Shown piece by piece: positions 37,006-46,201 of a stretch of DNA of 64,000 nucleotides; position 1 is the first letter of the stretch; the number at the start of each line of letters is the position of its first letter. The stretch is from positions 40,227 to 104,226 of the forward strand of contig JAJEIE010000024.1 in NCBI GenBank assembly GCA_022827625.1. The letters run 5' to 3'. The notes under the pieces are model-generated. The model saw only the letters and a list, made by a program, of their open reading frames with translations, searched no databases and was not told the DNA's origin. The translations under genes and the position numbers were made by a program. Source of the DNA: Candidatus Poribacteria bacterium. Lineage in GTDB: Bacteria; Poribacteria; WGA-4E; WGA-3G.

Positions 37006-38124
37006 ATGTTTTACCATCTCCTATATGAAAACCTCGTTGAGATCTTTTCACCATTCAACATTTTTCGTTATATCAGTTTCCGAGCCATTTATGCAACAGC
37101 AACTTCGCTTATCATCGCTCTCGTCTTGGGACCTTTTATGATACAGCGGCTGAAGCAGCTACGCATCGGAGAACACATTCAGGAGGAGGTTGCCAACGCT
37201 CAAAAAAGCACTGAAAATCAGAATAAAGCCGGTGTCCCAACAATGGGAGGCGTGCTCATCATTGTCTCTGTTTTGATATCGGTCGTCTGTTGGTCGCGGT
37301 TAGACCAACCCTATATCTACTTGATGATCTTGACAACGCTTTGGTTTGGCGGGCTCGGATTCCTTGATGATTATAGCAAACTCGTGAAACAGCAGTCCTT
37401 AGGACTTCGTGGATGGCATAAAATTGGACTTCAGACCGTAGGTGCCTTGGCGATCGCAGTGTATCTTTACCAGTGGGGGGCTGCCCACGGCGGAGATGTT
37501 GTGATCCGTTCTTCGCTGAGTCTGCCATTTTTCAAAGAACTACAGCCCGATTTAGGGATATTCTTTATCCCGTTCGCGACGTTGGTGATCGTCGGGGCAT
37601 CCAACGCTGTCAACCTGACAGATGGGATGGATGGGTTGGCGATCGGGTGCACGCTCTTTGTTGCCGGTACGCTCGGTATCGTCGGATATATGACAAGCCA
37701 CAGCGAGATTGCGGCGTATCTAAACATCTTCCATCTCCCGGTTAGCGGGGAGGTTACCGCAATTTTCTGTACAGCCTTAGTCGGAGCAGGCTTGGGATTT
37801 TTATGGTATAACGGCCATCCGGCACAAGTCTTTATGGGCGATACGGGATCACTCGCTCTCGGTGCGACCCTTGGGACCGTTGCTGTGCTTATCAAGCAGG
37901 AATTTCTGCTCCTGATCGTCGGTGCTATTTTCGTCGCAGAGACACTCTCGGTTATTATTCAGGTCTGGTCGTTCCGTACATTTGGCAAGCGTGTGTTTAA
38001 GATGTCACCGATTCACTACCACTTCCTACTTTCCGGATGGAAGGAATCCAAAGTCGTTATCCGATTCTGGATTGTCGGGTTTATATTGGTCTTGATCGCT
38101 TTAAGTACCTTGAAACTGAGATAA
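37006..38124 (+). CDS. mraY: phospho-N-acetylmuramoyl-pentapeptide transferase
   Basis: GLGFLDDYSKL, NAVNLTDGMDGLA and MGDTGSLALG motifs; 10 TM helices. Confidence 0.93.
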   Translation: MFYHLLYENLVEIFSPFNIFRYISFRAIYATATSLIIALVLGPFMIQRLKQLRIGEHIQEEVANAQKSTENQNKAGVPTMGGVLIIVSVLISVVCWSRLDQPYIYLMILTTLWFGGLGFLDDYSKLVKQQSLGLRGWHKIGLQTVGALAIAVYLYQWGAAHGGDVVIRSSLSLPFFKELQPDLGIFFIPFATLVIVGASNAVNLTDGMDGLAIGCTLFVAGTLGIVGYMTSHSEIAAYLNIFHLPVSGEVTAIFCTALVGAGLGFLWYNGHPAQVFMGDTGSLALGATLGTVAVLIKQEFLLLIVGAIFVAETLSVIIQVWSFRTFGKRVFKMSPIHYHFLLSGWKESKVVIRFWIVGFILVLIALSTLKLR

Positions 38125-38148
38125 AATAAACCGTTTTATACGCATAGC

Positions 38149-39612
38149 GTGTCATATATATCACGCTTTTTCTCAAAAGAAATACACTCGCTGGGTCTTG
38201 GAAAAAAAATGAGGTTACAAGGGAAACATGTTACGGTTTTTGGTTTAAATCGGAGTGGCGTTGCCGCTGCAAAGTTGTTGCATACACAGGGTGCGATTGT
38301 CACGCTTACAGATACGCGTACATCCGAAGCGTTGTCGGCCGAAATTGCTGCGCTCAATGTGTTTTCTGAACCCGGCGCTATCCAAAAATACCTTGGAGGG
38401 CATCCGACAGCATGCATCGCTGAGGCGGATTTCATTGTTGTTTCACCAGGGGTGCCGCTGGATATTCCGATTCTATGTGAGGCACGGGCGCAGCAGATTC
38501 CAATTCTCGCCGAATTAGAAGTTGCTGCAAGGGTCTGTCCAGCACCGATTGTTGCTATTACGGGAACGAAGGGCAAATCCACCACGACACTGCTCACGGC
38601 GGCGATGTTAAAGGAGAGTGATCGGTTTACCACGGTCTGTGTCGCAGGAAACATTGGTGTCCCGCTTGCAGCAGAAGTTCAGAACCTAACAGATCAAGAC
38701 ATTGTTGTCGTTGAGGCGAGTAGTTTTCAGTTGGAAACTACTGTCACGTTCCATCCGGTAGTGAGTGTTGTGCTCAATTTTTCACGCGATCACTTGGATA
38801 GACATGGAACGATGTCTGCATATCGTGCGGCGAAACAAAAAATTACCGCAAACCAGACATCAGACGACTGGATGGTTCTCAACGGTTCGGATGTTTCCGT
38901 CAAGGACTTTGCCGCAGCGACAGCGGCAAGTGTGGTCTATTTTACAGATGAAGCCGTGCGTGAAAAAACGGCTTTTTCGGGCGTGTTTAGGGACGGTTCA
39001 GGACTTTTTACACAGTGCGATGGCGTGCGGGAGAGAATTTGTGATATAGTGGATATTCCACTGCCTGGGGCGCACAACTTACAGAATATACTCGCAGCAG
39101 CGGCGGTAGCACGAATCTTCGGGGTTACAGGAACCCAGATTCAAGCCGCACTCCAGAATTTCGATAGATCGCACCCGGCTTTGGCACACGCTTTTGAACC
39201 GGTAAGAACGCTAAATGATGTTGAGTTCGTGGATGATTCGAAGGCGACAAACGTAGCCGCTGTCAAAGCAGCGCTTGAATCAATACAAGGGCGTCAAGTT
39301 ATCCTGATAATGGGGGGCTATGATAAGGGAAACGACTATACACCGCTCTCTGAAATCGTTCAAAACCGTGTTAAAGCCGCCGTTATGCTCGGAGAATACA
39401 CGCAACAGATTGAGAAAACCCTCGCCAATGCAACACAGATTGTGAAGGCAAAGACAATGGAGGAAGCGGTACAGCTCGCCTATAGGCATGCCACACCTGA
39501 TGATGTTGTGCTCTTATCACCCGCAAATGCCAGTTTTGATATGTATACTGACTATAAAGCGCGCGGAACGGCCTTTAAGGAGGCGGTTCAAGCCCTTCAA
39601 CGCCTTAATTAG
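38149..39612 (+). CDS. murD: UDP-N-acetylmuramoylalanine--D-glutamate ligase
   Basis: N-domain VTVFGLNRSGVAAAKLL and P-loop AITGTKGKSTT. The likely true start is ATG 38209 (MRLQGKH...). Confidence 0.9.
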   Translation: MSYISRFFSKEIHSLGLGKKMRLQGKHVTVFGLNRSGVAAAKLLHTQGAIVTLTDTRTSEALSAEIAALNVFSEPGAIQKYLGGHPTACIAEADFIVVSPGVPLDIPILCEARAQQIPILAELEVAARVCPAPIVAITGTKGKSTTTLLTAAMLKESDRFTTVCVAGNIGVPLAAEVQNLTDQDIVVVEASSFQLETTVTFHPVVSVVLNFSRDHLDRHGTMSAYRAAKQKITANQTSDDWMVLNGSDVSVKDFAAATAASVVYFTDEAVREKTAFSGVFRDGSGLFTQCDGVRERICDIVDIPLPGAHNLQNILAAAAVARIFGVTGTQIQAALQNFDRSHPALAHAFEPVRTLNDVEFVDDSKATNVAAVKAALESIQGRQVILIMGGYDKGNDYTPLSEIVQNRVKAAVMLGEYTQQIEKTLANATQIVKAKTMEEAVQLAYRHATPDDVVLLSPANASFDMYTDYKARGTAFKEAVQALQRLN

Positions 39613-39630
39613 AGGATAAAAAACGCTACA

Positions 39631-40905
39631 ATGGCACGCAATTTCCAAAGACGAGACCGCAATAAGCAGAATACCTCGGCGAATGTAAAAGCCGGACGCA
39701 GTTATTGGACGAACACGCGCCCCTATAGTGTCGTCGAAGAAAACCAGAGACGCGTGACCGAGGAAACGGTTATCCCAAGACCTGGACGGATGGATCGAGG
39801 CATCATCGCACTGACTTTCTGTCTCCTTGCCATCGGTATTTTGATGGTCTACAGTTCGAGCCATCTGCTCTCTTCAAGGCACTATGACGGCTACAGTTAC
39901 CGGTATTTGCAGATACACATTGTTGCCTGTGTAATTGGCTTAACAGGGATGTTTGTCGCTTCCTATTTACCCTATAGATTTTATGCGAAGCATGCCAATC
40001 TTTTTTTAATACTTGCCTTTGTAGGCTTACTCTTGGTCTTCGTGCCAAGTTTAGGCGCGAGTGTACAAGGGGCAGAGGGTGGACGGTTTAACCGTTGGAT
40101 TCGTATAGGAAACTTACCTATCAATTTTCAACCCGTTGAATTCGCAAAAATAGCATTGGTCATCCATGTAGCGCATTTCATCAGCAGAGATCCAGAGCGC
40201 GTCAAAAGTTTCTTTAACGGTGTCCTGCCCAATATCTTGATTGTGGGTGCTGCCTTCGGATTGGTCGCAACTCAACCTGATTTTGGTTCTGCTTTCTTAT
40301 TAGCGGTGACGGTTTGTATCGTCCTATTTATAGGGGGCATCCGGATCCTGCATACATTGGCACTCGTTGGTGCCGGCGGTGGACTCCTCAGCTTCCTCAT
40401 CATTCGAGATCCTTATAGACTCAAGCGGTTCTTGGACTATTTTGCTATGTTGAAGTCACCGGATGCAACAAATTATCAGTTAACCCGATCCTTAGATGCG
40501 CTTGAGGGCGGCGGGTTCCTCGGCGTAGGCATCGACAGTAGCCTGCAGAAAATATCGCGACTCCCTTATCCGCATACGGATTTTATCTTCGCAGTGCTCG
40601 GCGAAGAATTCGGATTCATTGGTGCTGTGACGGTAACAATCCTTTTTATGTTGTTTATATGGCGCGGGTTGTATATTGCCCGACGGACAGACGACCTCTT
40701 CGCATCTCTACTCGCTACCGGGCTTACAGTCCTCATCGGTTTACAGGCATTCATCAACATCGGTGTTGTGATCGGACTGTTACCAACAAAAGGTATTACC
40801 TTACCTTTTATTAGCTACGGTGGCTCGTCAATCGTCCTCAGTTTGGTAAGCGTCGGTATACTTTTGAATGTCTCGCGGACCACCAATTCGCCGGCTAAGG
40901 ATTGA
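39631..40905 (+). CDS. ftsW: SEDS-family peptidoglycan polymerase / lipid II flippase FtsW
   Basis: FQPVEFAKIALVIHVA, PYPHTDFIFAVLGEEFGFIG and LPTKGITLPFISYGGSS motifs. Confidence 0.88.
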   Translation: MARNFQRRDRNKQNTSANVKAGRSYWTNTRPYSVVEENQRRVTEETVIPRPGRMDRGIIALTFCLLAIGILMVYSSSHLLSSRHYDGYSYRYLQIHIVACVIGLTGMFVASYLPYRFYAKHANLFLILAFVGLLLVFVPSLGASVQGAEGGRFNRWIRIGNLPINFQPVEFAKIALVIHVAHFISRDPERVKSFFNGVLPNILIVGAAFGLVATQPDFGSAFLLAVTVCIVLFIGGIRILHTLALVGAGGGLLSFLIIRDPYRLKRFLDYFAMLKSPDATNYQLTRSLDALEGGGFLGVGIDSSLQKISRLPYPHTDFIFAVLGEEFGFIGAVTVTILFMLFIWRGLYIARRTDDLFASLLATGLTVLIGLQAFINIGVVIGLLPTKGITLPFISYGGSSIVLSLVSVGILLNVSRTTNSPAKD

Positions 40906-40942
40906 GAGTTAACTTAACGTGAACTCGAGAAAAAGGTTACTT

Positions 40943-40998
40943 GTACCGCAAACTGTTAGTTTGCGAAGCACACGCCACAAACTAACAGTTTGTGCTAC
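40943..40998. repeat. dispersed hairpin repeat family A, two copies in opposite orientation
   Basis: GTACCGCAAACTGTTAGTTTGCG (40943-40965) and the reverse complement of GTAGCACAAACTGTTAGTTTGTG (40976-40998). The core is an 8-bp stem CGCAAACT/AGTTTGCG with loop GTT. Confidence 0.75.
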
Positions 40999-41010
40999 AA
41001 TTTTAATATA

Positions 41011-42207
41011 ATGGATTCTAAATTTTACGATACAAATTTATCAGACACAAATAGTCTCTATCAAACGACTGTTGAGGAATGGGCAACACAGAAAAAAGTC
41101 GTTATTGCTGGCGGTGGAACAGGGGGTCATATCTACCCTGCCATCGGGATTGCCCAGGCACTACAACGCTTAGACGCTACGGTGGATATTGTGTTCATCG
41201 GCGGTAGAGATCGCTTGGAGTCGAAGTTAATTCCACAGCACGGCTTCCGTTTCATGCCTATTTCTGTCGCTGGTTTTCCGAGACGCTTGACTTTACAGTG
41301 GGTGTCGGTTCTCTGGAAAGCCTTTCGCGGTCTCCACCAGTCGTTGCACTACATGAAACAACTGAAGCCAGACATCGTTATAGGAACTGGCGGATATGTC
41401 TCAGGACCGGTGCTTTTAGCCGGTCTCCTGCGCCGAATTCCGGTAGCTATCCAAGAACAGAACGCTTCAGTCGGTTTAACAAACGGGGTCTTGGCACGCT
41501 GGGCAAAAATGGCGTATCTCGCTATGGCATCTGTTCACAACAGCAACTCGTTCCGACACACCCCAAGTGTCGAGGTTACGGGAAACCCGATTCGTCCTGC
41601 GATCGCCACGTTCCAGAAGTCTGAGGCGACGTATCGGAAATTCGGGTTGTTTCCAGAGCGGAAAACAATCTTTGTGATGGGTGGCAGTCAGGGGGCACAT
41701 GCTATCAACGACGCGATTGTGGCGGCGCTGCCGTATTTGCTGGAATTCGCCGATCAGCTCCAAATAGTGCATCAGACAGGCGCAGCGGAGGCAGCGGCTG
41801 TTCAGGCTGTGTATCACGACAAACTTGAATCGCATCCCGAATTGCGATGTTGTGTCCAACCCTTTTTTGATACTATTGAGGAGATCTATAGTATCGCAGA
41901 TGTTATGGTGTGCAGGGCGGGTGGCATGACTGTCGCTGAAGTTACGGCTTGTGGTATCCCCGCAATTTTCATTCCTTTACCCTCGCAAACCGGGAATGAC
42001 CAAGTATTGAACGCTCACGCTGTCGCAGAAAAGGGCGGTGCGGTGGTCCTTGAACAGGGCATGTTTACAGTAGAAACCCTTGTTCAAAATCTGGTGAACA
42101 TCCTACTTGATGAAAATACACATGAACGGATGGTCGCTGCAAGTCGAGCACTCGGTAAACCCCATGCCAGTGATCACATTGCCACGTCTATTCTTTCGTT
42201 TACTTAG
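41011..42207 (+). CDS. murG: UDP-N-acetylglucosamine--N-acetylmuramyl-(pentapeptide) pyrophosphoryl-undecaprenol GlcNAc transferase
   Basis: GGGTGGHIYPAIGIAQAL and CRAGGMTVAEVTACGIPAIFIPLP motifs. I moved the start from the TTG at 40990, which lies inside the repeat, to ATG 41011. Confidence 0.9.
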   Translation: MDSKFYDTNLSDTNSLYQTTVEEWATQKKVVIAGGGTGGHIYPAIGIAQALQRLDATVDIVFIGGRDRLESKLIPQHGFRFMPISVAGFPRRLTLQWVSVLWKAFRGLHQSLHYMKQLKPDIVIGTGGYVSGPVLLAGLLRRIPVAIQEQNASVGLTNGVLARWAKMAYLAMASVHNSNSFRHTPSVEVTGNPIRPAIATFQKSEATYRKFGLFPERKTIFVMGGSQGAHAINDAIVAALPYLLEFADQLQIVHQTGAAEAAAVQAVYHDKLESHPELRCCVQPFFDTIEEIYSIADVMVCRAGGMTVAEVTACGIPAIFIPLPSQTGNDQVLNAHAVAEKGGAVVLEQGMFTVETLVQNLVNILLDENTHERMVAASRALGKPHASDHIATSILSFT

Positions 42208-42310
42208 TTGTTTTTTGTAATTAAGGTTGATTTTTTGCCTCGTAATAGGTTAAAAAATTAAAAGATATTATAATTAACTATAGTTTGGACAATTAAGGCA
42301 AAACAACTGT

Positions 42311-43678
42311 ATGTTTGGAAAAACACGGCATATTCATATTATCGGTATCGGCGGTGCTGGCTTAAGCGGTATTGCTGAAATCTTGCTTGACCTCGAATTT
42401 AAGGTGACCGGTTCGGATATCAAAAAATCTGATACAACGGAACACCTACGAAATATTGGAGCCACTGTCTTCTATGGACATGCTGCAAGGCAGATAGAAG
42501 GTGCCGATGTCGTCGTTGTGTCTCCCGCTATTCCACCCGAAAATTCGGAGCTCCTCGCTGCACAGGATCAAAAAATCCCTATCGTTAGGGGTGCTGAGAT
42601 GCTCAATGAAATTACGCGGATGCGCTATAGCGTGGCAATCAGTGGCACACATGGGAAAACAACGACGACTGCAATGACTGCCACAGTCCTGAGCAGTCTG
42701 GATCCAACAGTTGTTGTCGGCGGAAAACTCGTGGATGGCAGCCATGCCCGGAGTGGTGAAGGCGATGTCATGGTCATCGAAGCCGACGAGGCTTATGGGT
42801 CTATTGAGATGTTCTATCCGACTGTGGCTGTTGTCACATCCGTTGATGCAGACCATCTCGATTATTATCGGAGTGTTGCCGAAATTGGGGAGACGTTTCT
42901 CAAATTCATCAATAAGGTGCCTTTTTATGGCGCAGCTATTCTCTGCTTGGATGCAGAGAATATTCAGAAATTCATTCCCAGAATTGAGAAACGCTATCTT
43001 ACCTATGGGCTTGAAACTGGGGCAGATTTGGTCGCTGAAGGCATCGTTGTTGAGGGACCGACGTCCCGCTATCGCGTCCGGAAAAATGGGCATCTCTACG
43101 GTGAAGTCCATCTTAAAATGCCAGGACGGCATAATATCTCTAATTCCTTAGCAGCGATAGCCGTCGGACTTGAGTTGGATATTCCGTTTGACCAGATTCG
43201 CGAAAGACTGGAGTCCTTTGCCGGTGTACATCGGCGTTTTGAAATACTCGGTAAGGTCAATAATATTATCGTTGTTGATGATTACGCACATAACCCGGCG
43301 AAATTAAAAGCAGCCCTGAGTGGTGCCAGAGATGGTTACAAACGGCGAATCGTCGCCGTCTTTCAACCCCATCGCTACCAACGGGTCAGAGACTTGGCAG
43401 ATGAATTCTCCCGCTCCTTTTATCAGGCAGATGTCCTCATTGTTACTTCAATCTACAGTGCTGGCGAAGCACCCATTGAAAATGTCACCGCTGAAAAATT
43501 GGTACAAGCAATACAGGCACATGGACATCGACACGTCCTTTACGTACCAGACACAGATGAAATTACGAATGTTCTCATGGAGATAACCCAGCCAGACGAT
43601 ATTGTTATTACGCTCGGTGCTGGAGACATCAGTAAGGTAGGACGAGAATTTTTAGCGAGACTTCAGGCGGAAAATTAA
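42311..43678 (+). CDS. murC: UDP-N-acetylmuramate--L-alanine ligase
   Basis: IHIIGIGGAGLSGIAEIL, P-loop ISGTHGKTTTT, and DDYAHNP. Confidence 0.92.
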   Translation: MFGKTRHIHIIGIGGAGLSGIAEILLDLEFKVTGSDIKKSDTTEHLRNIGATVFYGHAARQIEGADVVVVSPAIPPENSELLAAQDQKIPIVRGAEMLNEITRMRYSVAISGTHGKTTTTAMTATVLSSLDPTVVVGGKLVDGSHARSGEGDVMVIEADEAYGSIEMFYPTVAVVTSVDADHLDYYRSVAEIGETFLKFINKVPFYGAAILCLDAENIQKFIPRIEKRYLTYGLETGADLVAEGIVVEGPTSRYRVRKNGHLYGEVHLKMPGRHNISNSLAAIAVGLELDIPFDQIRERLESFAGVHRRFEILGKVNNIIVVDDYAHNPAKLKAALSGARDGYKRRIVAVFQPHRYQRVRDLADEFSRSFYQADVLIVTSIYSAGEAPIENVTAEKLVQAIQAHGHRHVLYVPDTDEITNVLMEITQPDDIVITLGAGDISKVGREFLARLQAEN

Positions 43679-43753
43679 TCATTTTCTTGTTGTTTTGTAT
43701 TTTCTTCTCTAATCGTCTCGTTTTTATCTACAACTAAAACGGACGGCGGACAA

Positions 43754-44683
43754 ATGTTTGCTCAATCACGACGTAAAAAATATACCGCTTATGTGCGCGA
43801 GACTTCGATGCCCACAAGGCGACTTGGTAAGCATCCGAATGCCAAGGTTTACATGTACCGGCGCGTGATTTTTGCCGTCACTATTGTACTGACCTGCGCT
43901 TTTATCGCGAAGATCGTACTCAGTTTTTTCGGCACTGAATATGTCTCTTTTGAATTGTCTGGAAATGTACACTATACAGAAGGACAAATCTATGATATAT
44001 TGGCTAAACAGTTGGACAACATCGTTACAGATTCTGAAGAACAAACGGAGAACTATCTCAAAGAAAACCTGAGTTATATTAAAGAGGCACACGTTTCCAA
44101 GCGTGTAATGAAACGTTTATTCACTATTGAAATTACCGAGCGGGAACCTTTTGCCTTGCTCAGGTTTTATGCGGGCTTTAAAAATCCGCCTGTTCTCGGT
44201 ACAGGTGCTGATCAGGATTGTTCATTTTTCTTATTGGATGTTGATACACAGGTTTTGGAGCGTATAGAGGTCGGAGAAATCGGAGTGCCGGTGGATAAAC
44301 GGTTCCAAGGAATGGTTACGCTGATTGCAGCAGGTGATAAACTCCCAAAGGTTGGGGCGACCTTCCAAACTTCAGGAGTTTCTATGGCGGTAAACGTTTT
44401 AAAAAGTGCGATGCGCCAGCAACCCGAACTCGCAAGCCAGATAGAAACTATTGACGCAAGTCGCCCGCAGCAAATTAGAATGTATATTGAAACACTACCG
44501 CTGCCGGTCTGGATCGCAGCGGATGCGATTGAAACCGGGATTTATCATGCTACGTTGCTTTTAAGACAGCACAAGGGGCGTATTCTCGAACTGCTCAAAG
44601 CACATCCAGATGCGACACAACCGTACCTGGACGCAAGATTTGAAGATTCAATCTACTTAGGTGGTTATACACAGACGCAATAG
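43754..44683 (+). CDS. ftsQ: cell division protein FtsQ-like (TM + POTRA)
   Basis: Single TM (VIFAVTIVLTCAFIAKIVLSFF) and a POTRA-like IKEAHVSKRVMKRLFTIEITEREPFALL. It lies between murC and ftsA. Confidence 0.6.
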   Translation: MFAQSRRKKYTAYVRETSMPTRRLGKHPNAKVYMYRRVIFAVTIVLTCAFIAKIVLSFFGTEYVSFELSGNVHYTEGQIYDILAKQLDNIVTDSEEQTENYLKENLSYIKEAHVSKRVMKRLFTIEITEREPFALLRFYAGFKNPPVLGTGADQDCSFFLLDVDTQVLERIEVGEIGVPVDKRFQGMVTLIAAGDKLPKVGATFQTSGVSMAVNVLKSAMRQQPELASQIETIDASRPQQIRMYIETLPLPVWIAADAIETGIYHATLLLRQHKGRILELLKAHPDATQPYLDARFEDSIYLGGYTQTQ

Positions 44684-44777
44684 CGTCTATTTCGTAGATA
44701 CTGGATCGTGCGGCGTGTAAAATGCTGGTGCTCAGCCGTTTTTTAAAATACAGAAAAAGAAAATACAGAAGAAGGGA

Positions 44778-46013
44778 GTGAAAACCTACATGCCCAAACA
44801 GAATGTTATCGCAGGACTTGATATCGGATCGAGCAAAATTTCAGTAATAGTTGGGAACACCCTACACGGGAGTCAGGAAAAGATAGGGATCGTCGGTGTT
44901 GGCCATGCACCTTCCAAAGGGCTTAGAGGCGGGGTTGTCGTTGACATCAATCAGACAGCCGAAGCCATCCGCACAGCCATCTCCAGCGCGGAATTAATGG
45001 CAGGTGTCAAAATCGATTCCGTCTGCGTCGGCATTTCCGGGGAACATATCATCGGGCAAACCTCACATGGGGTCGTCTCTGTCGCCAATACTGAAATTTC
45101 GCATGAAGATGTTGAGCGCGCAATGGTAGCGGCGAAGGCGATCTCCATTCCTTCTGACCGTGAAAATCTACACGTTATTCAACAGAGTTTTGTCGTTGAC
45201 GCACAGAGTCGTATCAGAGAGCCTGTCGGGATGTCAGGGGCGCGGCTCGAAGCCTATGCCTATATTATTACGGGTGGCACAACGGCTATTCAGAATTTGC
45301 TCAATAGTATTGAAAAAGCCGGTGTGCCGATCGTTGAGACGCTCGTCGCAGCGCCGCTCGCAGCCTCCCAAGCCGTCCTCTCAAGAGATGAACGCGAAGT
45401 CGGGATCGCACTCGTTGATATCGGTGATGGCACAACTGAAATCATTGTTTATAAAGAGGATTCTATTCAACATACAGCCGTAATTCCTGTCGGTGGACAG
45501 CATATCACGAATGACATCGCGCAGTACCTAAAGGTTACCCTCCCCGAAGCGGAAGAACTGAAAATTCATCGAGGCTGTGCTTGGACGGAATTGGTGACGA
45601 TGGATGATGTACACCCGATTCCAGTCGCTACGGATGCCAAACCGCGTTTCATTGATCGATACGAACTGACGCAAATTATCGAATACCGCATGGCGGAAAT
45701 CCTTGAGATTATCGCTTATGAATTGGGGGATACGCCCCTGCCGGGAGGCCTCGTCTTCACTGGAGGCACCTCGCTCATCGATGGGCTACAAGAACTTGCT
45801 GAAACCATGCTACAACTTCGTGTTCAGATCGGCTATCCCACGGAAATACAAGGATTAACCGATCGCGTCAATCATCCGATGTACGCTGCTGGCATCGGGC
45901 TTGCGCTTTATGGTGAAAGTCTCAGACAACAAGAATATGAAAACCACATGCGCCGTCGCGGTAATACCTTCGGGGCATTTCTGCAACGTGTCAAAGAGTG
46001 GTTCGGCTATTAA
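44778..46013 (+). CDS. ftsA: cell division protein FtsA
   Basis: Actin-like ATPase motifs IAGLDIGSSKISV, VDIGDGTTEIIVY and VFTGGTSLIDGL. ATG 44790 is an alternative start. Confidence 0.9.
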   Translation: MKTYMPKQNVIAGLDIGSSKISVIVGNTLHGSQEKIGIVGVGHAPSKGLRGGVVVDINQTAEAIRTAISSAELMAGVKIDSVCVGISGEHIIGQTSHGVVSVANTEISHEDVERAMVAAKAISIPSDRENLHVIQQSFVVDAQSRIREPVGMSGARLEAYAYIITGGTTAIQNLLNSIEKAGVPIVETLVAAPLAASQAVLSRDEREVGIALVDIGDGTTEIIVYKEDSIQHTAVIPVGGQHITNDIAQYLKVTLPEAEELKIHRGCAWTELVTMDDVHPIPVATDAKPRFIDRYELTQIIEYRMAEILEIIAYELGDTPLPGGLVFTGGTSLIDGLQELAETMLQLRVQIGYPTEIQGLTDRVNHPMYAAGIGLALYGESLRQQEYENHMRRRGNTFGAFLQRVKEWFGY

Positions 46014-46054
46014 ATCCACAAACTACGCAGCTTCGCCTTAACTTACAGGAATAC

Positions 46055-46083
46055 TTGACTTAACGCGTCTATTAGCGTATAAT
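46055..46083 (+). promoter_or_regulatory. sigma-70 promoter immediately upstream of ftsZ
   Basis: TTGACT (46055-46060), a 17-nt spacer, then TATAAT (46078-46083). This implies a leader of about 110 nt. Confidence 0.6.
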
Positions 46084-46201
46084 TTAACATGAAAAAGCAA
46101 ACCCAATGAAAGTTATTACGGAACCTCAGCCTGGAAATTGGGGCTATAACGATAGGAGGAATTAGGTTGCTGTGGCTTACGGATAGTAACTGAAATCCAA
46201 C

